Source: an uncultured Actinomycetes bacterium (GTDB lineage: Bacteria > Actinomycetota > Coriobacteriia > Anaerosomatales > CAWKMJ01). Taken from it: a DNA stretch of 64,000 nucleotides. The stretch lies in contig CAWKMJ010000002.1 in assembly GCA_963850695.1 (NCBI GenBank), positions 78,810-142,809 on the forward strand, written 5' to 3'. Below, piece after piece: positions 56,540-64,000 of this stretch. Every line of letters begins with the position of its first letter. Positions within the stretch are counted from its first letter, which is position 1. The position numbers and the translations under genes are program-made. Under the pieces are notes generated by a model, which saw only the letters and a program-made list of their open reading frames with translations, made no database searches and was not told the origin of the DNA.

Positions 56540-57718
56540 GTGCGCATAGGCATGCTACTCATGGGCGGGACCTACCCGCCTGACATACGCGTGGAGAAGG
56601 AGGCTCGTGTGCTCGCCGAGGCGGGCCATGAGGTCTACCTCCTCACATCCGACAAGGACGGCCGTCCTGCCGAGGAGCCCATGCCCCCGCTCACCGTCTA
56701 TCGCTACGTGCATCGGGGATCGCGTGTGCGTTCGAAGGCCGAGGCCGCAGTGACGCTTGCCACCTGGCGCAACCTGGGCTGGAAGCGCGCCATCGACTCG
56801 TTCGTGCGCGATGCGGGAGTAGATGCACTCCACGTCCACGATCTGCCCGCCGTCAAAGTGGGCGTCGAGGTGGCTCGCAGCGCCGGGATCCCCGTGGTCT
56901 TCGACATGCACGAGAACTATCCGGCTGCGGTGTCCTTCTGGAAGCGCAGCACCGCGGCTCGGCTCGCGCAGACGCCCGCGCGCTATCGCGACTACGAGCG
57001 CTGGGCCGTGAACGCCGTCGACCGCGTGGTCTGTGTGGTGGACGAGGCGGCCGAGCGCGTGCGCGGACTTGGCGTGCCGCCTGAGCGGATCGTGGTGTTC
57101 GGCAACGTGGATGACTGCACCCAGGGCGGCACGTGGCAGGGGACCGACCACGCGCTCACGGTCGCCTATGCGGGCGGCTTCGGACCGCATCGCGGGATCG
57201 ACACGCTCGTGCGCGCTTTCGCCAAGGTCCACAGTCGCGATCACCACGCCCGCCTCGTACTGATGGGCGCTGGCGATGGCGAGAGCGAGCTGCGCGAACT
57301 CGTCGTCGCTCACGGACTGCGTGGGTGCGTCGAGTTCACCGGCTGGGTCGGCGACGCGACCATGCGCGCCAACCTTGCCGAGGCCACCATCGGTACGGTG
57401 CCGCACGCCAAGAACGAGCACACTGACTCGACCGTGCCGCACAAGCTGTTCCAGTACATGTGCATCGGCCTGCCGGTCGTCGTGACCGATTGCGCGCCTC
57501 TCGCTCGCATCGTCGAGGAGACGGATGCGGGACGCGTGGCGATCGCAGGCGATGACAACTCGCTTGCCGAGGCGATCCTCGAGCTGGCCGACCCCGAAGC
57601 CGCACGGGCGGCATCGGATGCCGGGCGCGCCGCCGTCGCGGAGCGGTACTCGCTCGGCCACGAGGGACGTGTGCTCGCAGGGATGTACGCAGAGTTGGGC
57701 AAGGAGTCGGACCTGTGA
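56540..57718 (+). CDS. GT4-family glycosyltransferase (intact)
   Basis: GTG 56540 after GAGAGG (ORF opens at 56159). VRIGMLLMGGTYPPDIRVEKEARVLAEAGHEV..., LVLMGAGDGE, HKLFQYMCIGLPVVVTD. Confidence 0.85.
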   Translation: MRIGMLLMGGTYPPDIRVEKEARVLAEAGHEVYLLTSDKDGRPAEEPMPPLTVYRYVHRGSRVRSKAEAAVTLATWRNLGWKRAIDSFVRDAGVDALHVHDLPAVKVGVEVARSAGIPVVFDMHENYPAAVSFWKRSTAARLAQTPARYRDYERWAVNAVDRVVCVVDEAAERVRGLGVPPERIVVFGNVDDCTQGGTWQGTDHALTVAYAGGFGPHRGIDTLVRAFAKVHSRDHHARLVLMGAGDGESELRELVVAHGLRGCVEFTGWVGDATMRANLAEATIGTVPHAKNEHTDSTVPHKLFQYMCIGLPVVVTDCAPLARIVEETDAGRVAIAGDDNSLAEAILELADPEAARAASDAGRAAVAERYSLGHEGRVLAGMYAELGKESDL

Positions 57719-59154
57719 CGACATCGACGCAGAGTGCACAGCCCTTCGCGCTCTCCTTCTCGTGGCGAGAGGCGCTCATCGCAGCCGTCGCCGGCCTTGC
57801 GGCACTCGGGCTCGTGGTCTACGGCGTGCTCGACATGCGTCACCTCGTGATCCTCGTCCTTGCGCTGCCCCTGCTGGCCGTCATCGCGACGCGGCCGGAG
57901 TGGGGACTCATCGCACTCTTCGGGGCGGCCACCCTCGATGTTCAGGGCCGCCTGGTCGAGGTTGCCGGGGTGCAGTTCACGCTGTATCAGGCACTTGCCG
58001 GCTTCCTCTTCATCGTCTTCGTGGTGCGGTACAGGCAGGGGAGGATCGCCTTGCCGAGGACCCCGCTGGACGTGCCGCTGCTCGTCTTCATGGCTCTGGC
58101 GGCGACATCGATCGTGGTCGCCCCGAGCGTGCTCTCCTCGGTGGTCGACTGGATATCGCTGGCCTCGAGCATCTTCCTCATGTACGCGGTCGTGATCTTC
58201 GCGGACTCGGAGAAGAAGCTTGCCACCGTCGTCTGGGGCTCGATCGTCGATCTCCGTGGCGCTGGCCGGCTTCGCCTTGCTCGAGCGGGCCGGGATCTTC
58301 TCGATCAGAGGCGATTTCCTCACCACGTACGAGCGCGGCATCAGGCCCCAGGTGACCTTCGGTGACACCAACATGTACGGCACGCTCACCTACGTCACGC
58401 TTGCGCTCTGCGGTCCCGCTCCTTCTCCAGACGCGGGATTGGCGGCTGCGCATCGTAGGAGTCGCGGCAGTCGTGCTGAACATCGGGGCCCTGTGGGCGA
58501 CACACTCCCGCGGCGCCTGGATAGCAGCGGTAGTCGTTGCGCTCGTCATTCTCGTGCTGGTGCGTATCCCGTGGTGGGTCCGCATGGCGGCGATCATCGT
58601 GGTGGTAGCTCTCGCGTTGGGCTTCGCTGTCCTTGAGGCGGAGTTCATCGCGACGCAGCTCCCAGGTGCCGAGGACACCGATGTGGACCCCGCGCGCTAC
58701 TACATGATCCTGGCCGGTCTCGACATGGCCACCGACTATCCCTTTGGCGTGGGGCTTGGGGGCTTTCCCGAGGTCTACCCGCTGTATCGCCAAGGTGGTC
58801 GTACGCGCGAGCCTTGTGGAGTCGCACATGGCCTACCTGACGCTATTGGTCGAGACGGGCCTTCTCGGCCTGCTCGCCTACCTGTGGGTCCTGTGGCGCT
58901 TCGCGAAGAATCTCGTGCCCGCGGCCTTCAAGCTGCCGGCAGGACGCGACCAGGCGCTCCTGGTGGGTTCGATCGCTGCGGTGGCGGGTGTCGCCACCCA
59001 GGCGTTGACGTATAGTCTCGAAGGGCACAAGCTTCTGTGGTTCGCACTCGGGGTGGGGATGGCGGTCTACGTTCGTCACCTCGGTACGAGCGCAGGGGAT
59101 GAGGCAGAAACCGTTGACGAGCCCGCCGCGGGCTCTCAAGAGGAGGTTGCATAG
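57715..59154 (+). CDS. O-antigen ligase/polymerase-family (Wzy_C) multi-pass membrane protein, three frame changes
   Basis: GTG 57715 overlaps the previous stop (GTGA). About 10 TM segments. NIGALWATHSRGAWIAAVVV and periplasmic-loop region, ESHMAYLTLLVETGLLGLLAY. Confidence 0.75.
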
Positions 59155-59158
59155 CTAC

Positions 59159-59958
59159 ATGGCCAGGACAAGTGCGAGTACGGTCCTGCAGGCATCGATC
59201 AGGCGGTGGCCGATCGTCCTCGTAGCAGCGCTCGTCGTGGGCGCAGCTGCGTTCGGATACGCGCTGCTCACGAACGAGGGACCCTCGCAAGAGGCCGTGT
59301 CGGCCGTGCGCATCAAGACGGTCTCGGGCGTGCCGGTGATCGCCACCGTCGACATGGGTGTTGCCATGGCCAAGTCGGCATCGACGCTTCAGTCGGCGGC
59401 CGAGTCAGCGCGGCGTGGAGGCCGATGCTGTGGGCAGCGTGACCGCATACGTCGATCCCAGCGATGTCCAGCTCGTCCGCATCGCCGTCCGGGCCGACGA
59501 CCCGGAGGCGGCCGAGACGATCGCCGACGCGATGGCCATGCAGGTTCGCACCGGACTCATCACTCTCCTGGAGCCCGATCTCACCTACAACCGTCGAGGT
59601 GGCCGAGGAGAACGAAGCGCGGGTCGAGCAGCTCCAGTCCGAGCTGGACGAGATCGAGGGCCGACTCGAGTACCGAGCAGCTCGATGAGGGCGAGACATG
59701 GGGCCTCCGGCAGACCGCGTGGGGTCTCCGCAATCAGCTGTGGAGCTACGCCGACCGGGCTCAGACACGCGGTACAACTACGATCGCTGGGAGGGCGCTG
59801 CGCTGGTCGAGGGCGAGGCCGTGGCAGTCGAGGTCGACCAGACCTCCGACATCATCGGGCTCACCGTCCAGGGGCTGCTCATCGGCGCGATCGCGGGTAT
59901 CGCCGTGGCGTTCATTCTGGGCTTCTCGGACGCACGCAAGGAGGCCGCAGCCGCCTAG
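59159..59958 (+). CDS. Wzz-like polysaccharide co-polymerase / chain-length determinant (two terminal TM helices, coiled-coil middle), about four frame changes
   Basis: ATG 59159. RRWPIVLVAALVVGAAAFGYALL, middle EENEARVEQLQSELDEIEGRL, C-terminal GLLIGAIAGIAVAFILGF. Confidence 0.65.
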
Positions 59959-60010
59959 TATCGGCAGCACCGCCGAAGGTCAGACCCGATCACCGTCGTG
60001 GAGCCCGTCA

Positions 60011-61222
60011 TCAGCGGCGTTCGTCCATGAGCGTCTCGAGCGCGTCGATCTCTGCGTCGAGTCTCTCGTCCCACGTCCAGAGGTTCTCTCGCGCCCACGA
60101 TGCAGCCGAGGCTCCCAGCGAGCGAGCCGCCTCCGGGTCCTCGAGCAGGGCGGCGGCAATCGATGCCACCGAGCCCTCTTCGGCCACCGGCACGAGGCGT
60201 CCGTTGATGCCGTCCTTCACCAGGTCGGCCGTGCCACCGGCATCGAGTGCGATCACCGGGCACTCCAGCACCATCGACTCGATCACGGGGTTGGCGAGGT
60301 TGGAGTAGTCATAGAGCGAGAGCATGACGTCGGCGGAGGTGTAGTAGGAGGCCAGCTCCTTGCGATTGATGCCCCCGACGAAGTGCGCCTGGTCCTGAAG
60401 GCCGAGATCGCGAGCGAGTCGGGCAGAGCGACTCCTCCTCAGGCCCCGTGCCGACGACGATCATGTGAGCGTCGATGCCCCGGTCGCGGACCTCGGCCAG
60501 GACGCGCAGCGCCCGATCGACACGCTTCCAGTGCGAGAGACGGGAGACGGTGAGCAGCAGGGGCGCCTCGGCCGGTATGGAGACATCCGGTCGCACATCG
60601 CGGGAGGGGAGCTCGGCGATGGAGAAGTCGGCCCCGTTCATCCAGAAGCGGATCCTGTCTGCCGGCACCCCGTTCTGGATGAGGTAGCGCTCACCCTCGG
60701 TGCCATCGTTGGTCATGATGACGAGATCGGCAGGCGAGCCGAGCGCGCGGATGTGCTTCCAGAACCTCGCGCCAGCCATCGCCATGCTCTGCCGCACGGA
60801 CATGAGCGTGCCCTGGTATCGCGCGACGCACGGCAGGTCGAAGGCGGCAGCCGCCTTGGCCGCCACCGGGGTGCCGTAGATCTCGTAGCCGTAGACGAGG
60901 TCGACATCGCCGCGCTCGCAGACACCTGCTTCACGGCGGGCCAGGCCGACCACTGGAACGTGTACCAGGCCAGCGTGTCGGTAGCCCAGCCGACCTTGCG
61001 GACGTTGCGCCACAGGCCATGCAGCCGATGATCGAACTCGACGAGCTCCACGCTCTTGGGCATGTCGGACTCGTCGATGTAGTCGAGTCTCGGGGTGACG
61101 AGCGTGACCCGGTAGCGCTCAGCGAGCGCGTGGAGGGTGCGGTGGAACGCCGGTCCACCCACAGCGCGGGCCATGGACCACAGTGGGATCTGGCTGATCA
61201 GGACGACATGACGTTTCGGCAT
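60011..61222 (-). CDS. GT4-family glycosyltransferase, three frame changes (near 60320, 60430, 60930)
   Basis: MPKRHVVLISQIPLWSMARAVGGPAFHRTLHALAERY..., LLTVSRLSHWKRVDRALRVL, IVVGTGPEE, SNLANPVIESMVLECPVIALDAGGTADLV (E-x7-E region). Confidence 0.8.
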
Positions 61223-61356
61223 CCGTGCTACCTCGAGAGGCCGCCAAAGACGCGGGCTAGTGTACCATGTGCCTGCTGTTTGCCACGCTTGTCCAGGCGC
61301 ATCGCGGCAGGTGGGCAGCGGTGTGCGCAGGCGTGTGGGAGGCCTGAGGGAGGCTC

Positions 61357-62512
61357 ATGCCCAAGGAGCGCGGGAAGGTCTGCATCGTCCAGTACAACGC
61401 GTCGACGTTCCTGACGCGCGTTGACCGCTCGGCGCGAACACTGGCCGAGATGGGATACGAGGTCGTGCTGATCGCGCTGCAGCTCGATGACGAGCCGGCC
61501 TTCGAGCAGCGCGATGGCTACGTGGTCAAGCGCGTGCCGATGAAGTGGCGCAAGAAGACGAAGCCATCTGCGCGCGTTTCGCTGGATCGAGGCTGTCTTC
61601 CGTACGTACTCGGCGGCCTCACGCGAGCGTGCCGCGATCTACGACTCCCGCGACATCTATCCGCTCATGGTGTGCTGGCTGGCGGCCAAGCGTCGCCGCG
61701 GCAAGCTGGTCTACGACTCCGACGAACTCAACCTCGATCGCAACTGGCCGTGGACGCACAAGCGCTGGTGGCGCGTGCTCGGCTCGGCGTACGAGGGATT
61801 CTTCATCCGTCGTGCCGATGCAGTGATCACCACCGACGAGGGACGGGCCGACATCCTCGAGAAGCGCTACTCGATCCCGCGCCCCGTGGTGGTCATGAAC
61901 GTTCCCGACCTCATCGACCCCATCGAGGCCGACGAGGAGTTTCGTGCGCGCGCTCTCGGCGACCAGGAGCACCTGCTCATCTACACCGGCACGCTGATCC
62001 CCAACCGTGGCCTGCTCGAGTGCGTGGACGCGCTCGAGGAGCTGCCAGGCTGCGCTCTGGCATACGTCGGCTTCGGCCACATCGCCGACAAGATCGAGGC
62101 ACGCATCGCCGAGAGGGGACTGCAGGAGCGAGCACAGGTCTTTGGGGCCGTGCCCTACGACACTCTGATCGGCTACACGGCTGCGGCTGATATCGGCCTC
62201 GTGCCGATCGTGGGTTCGTGCCTGAGCTACGTCTACGCTGCGCCGAACAAGCTCTTCGAGTACATGATGGCCGGCGTGCCGGTGGTCGCGAGCGACCTTC
62301 CCGACATGGCTCGTGTGGTCAAGGAAGAGCATGTCGGCTCCCTCATTGCCGATCCGACAGACCCTGCAAGCATCGCCTCGGCAGTGCGCTTGTTGCTCGA
62401 GGGCAAGGAGCCGCTCTCGGCCTACGGCGCGCGCGGGCAGACGGCGGTGCGGGAGAGGTTCAATTGGGGGCTCGAGAAGCGTACACTCATCAACACCTAC
62501 GAGAATCTCTGA
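61357..62512 (+). CDS. GT4-family glycosyltransferase, one frame change near 61565
   Basis: MPKERGKVCIVQYNASTFLTRVDRSARTLAEMGYEV, YDSRDIYPL, LIYTGTLIPNRG, APNKLFEYMMAGVPVVASD. Confidence 0.82.
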
Positions 62513-62685
62513 ACACAAGAGCGGGTGTGCCGAGATGACGCGGCGAGATACGCGTCGGCGGCCCGTGACTTGCTTGAACAGCACGGTCCGGTGAAGTGAT
62601 CGGCGGGCGCAGCAACAGGGCCTGCGGCAACGCCAGCGCTGCTCAGTGGCGCATGTGCCCATGCGGGCGACAAAGGAGAGTCCAC

Positions 62686-64000
62686 GTGCTACACAGAAGT
62701 CTCGCGCGTCTCGTTTCTGGCCGGCCCCGCCTCTTCGTGCTCGGCGTCGTGGTGGTCGCGGCGCTCCTGACGCCCTCGGCCGCCATCGGCTGGTATGGCG
62801 ACCATTTCGACGACGGTGTCTCAGGGCAGGCCGTCTACGAGTCCATGGCGATCCATGCCGAGGCGGTCCACCGAGGCGACATCACGTACGTGGCCTACCA
62901 GGGCGTGAACCTCGATCCCTACATCGTGACCTACAACCACGTGACTGACACGTGGGACGGGCCGGTCAAGGTCGGCGAGAACCAGCTCGCCGAGCCCGAC
63001 CAGTGGAATCCCGATGACTCGCATGGTGCGCCGTCCCTGCTCATCGACGACTCCGGCTACATTCACGTCCTGTACGGCGCACACGGGACGAAGATCCAGC
63101 ACGCACGTTCGACCTCCCCTTGGAACATCAACTCGTGGACGACTCTGTCGACGATAGGCTCCTCGGCCTCCTATCCCCAGATGCTGCACAAGGGCGCGAC
63201 CGACCCCAAACACCAGCTCTTCTATCGTGTGGACGGCAGCAGCGCATGGTACCGCGGGGGCTGGGTCCGCTCCGAGTCCACTCGACGGTGGCGCGTGGAG
63301 CTACAAGGAGATCGTCGTTGCCGGCGACCCCGTCACGTGGTCCTGGTACGCGAACTTCTCCAGAGGTGAGAGCGATCGCGTTCACGCGGCGCTGATCTCA
63401 CAAGACAGGTTCGCCGGAGACCCGTTCGTTCGCTACGACGTGTTCTACATGTACCGCGACGCCGCGGACGGCGCCTGGAAGGACGTCGAGGGTTCCGTGA
63501 TCTCGACGCCCGGCATGGCGCCGCCCGACCACAGCGTGCTCACATCGGCAGGGCTCGAGGCGAAGGTCTACGGCGACTTCAACTACCAGAACCAGGTCGT
63601 CGTCGCAGACGACACGGAGGGCAACCCCGGTCTGCTCTTCGTCAGCGGGCAGGGAAACGGCCCCAACACGTACTCATGGATGTTCTCGCGCTGGTCGGGA
63701 AGCTCGTGGGAGACCACTGAGATCGCGAAGACCGATCACTTCATGGACTCGGGTGCGCTCGAGTATGAGAGCACATCCACGGTCCGCGCGATCCTGACGC
63801 GCGAGGGGACTCGCGGCGAGAGCACCTACAACGATCGCTACATCGACCGCGGTGGAGACATCGAAGTCTGGCTCTCCACCGACGGCGGCGCCACATGGGC
63901 GCCAGACAACACGACCGCCTCACCCGGTGGCAAGATCGCGACCTCCGATCTCGACACGGGGATCATCTTCAACGACCCGCAGGTCGTGCAATCCGACTCG
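62686..64000 (+). CDS. Membrane-anchored or secreted beta-propeller-like protein with Asp-box (BNR) motifs, BNR-4-like; 3' end runs off the window; one frame change near 63290
   Basis: GTG 62686 after AAAGGAGAG. TM/signal RLFVLGVVVVAALLTPSAAIG. HGAPSLLIDDSGYIHVLYGAHG. Asp-boxes S-x-LDGGASW (about 63280) and STDGGATW (about 63880). Confidence 0.55.

Noticed and set aside
59099-60553. 484-aa plus-strand ORF spanning the Wzz-like gene and the 3' part of the minus-strand GT4.
   Set aside because: It is a composite. The first part is one of the frames of the Wzz-like gene, and the rest is antisense to the GT4 gene at 60011-61222.

Overview
High-GC bacterial chromosome segment with strong G/C third-position bias. 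The backbone gene order is the classic Actinomycetota arrangement: argS-lysA-hom-thrB ... rho-rpmE-prfA-prmC-tsaC ... wecA-atpIBEFHAGDC-murA, comparable to the Rv1292-Rv1315 region of M. tuberculosis. fhs lies at the left edge. Several modules are inserted into that backbone. (i) A GNAT gene plus a lipoprotein gene sit between lysA and hom, followed by a long leader containing a 95-bp tandem duplication. (ii) sppA, a metallophosphoesterase, cyclic 2,3-diphosphoglycerate synthetase, 2-phosphoglycerate kinase and transaldolase sit between thrB and rho. The synthetase/kinase pair is an archaeal-type compatible-solute pathway. (iii) thyX, a DUF1385 gene and a small membrane protein sit between rpmE and prfA. 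(iv) rpiB, glyA, upp and dCMP deaminase sit between tsaC and wecA. The right-hand 28 kb (35.9-64 kb) is a cell-envelope glycopolymer locus. It holds a complete five-gene WbpABDEI-type pathway for a UDP-2,3-diacetamido-2,3-dideoxy-uronic acid, an LCP ligase, five GT4 glycosyltransferases, and Wzx, Wzy_C-family and Wzz-like proteins. Embedded in it are four consecutive secreted proteins, each carrying a triplet of CWB2-type wall-binding repeats: a beta-sandwich protein, an S8 protease, an L,D-transpeptidase and an amidase. I read this as one system, a secondary wall polymer plus the proteins that dock to it, analogous to the Clostridioides difficile PS-II/Cwp arrangement but on an actinobacterial backbone. 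Caveat: many genes, especially housekeeping ones, can only be read by hopping between frames, through apparent single-base indels every few hundred bases. Other blocks of several kb are uninterrupted. I treat the disrupted genes as CDS with probable sequence errors, and their boundaries are approximate. I recognised no rRNA, tRNA, CRISPR array, transposase/integrase, prophage or known defence genes. All family assignments rest on motifs read by eye, not on database searches.
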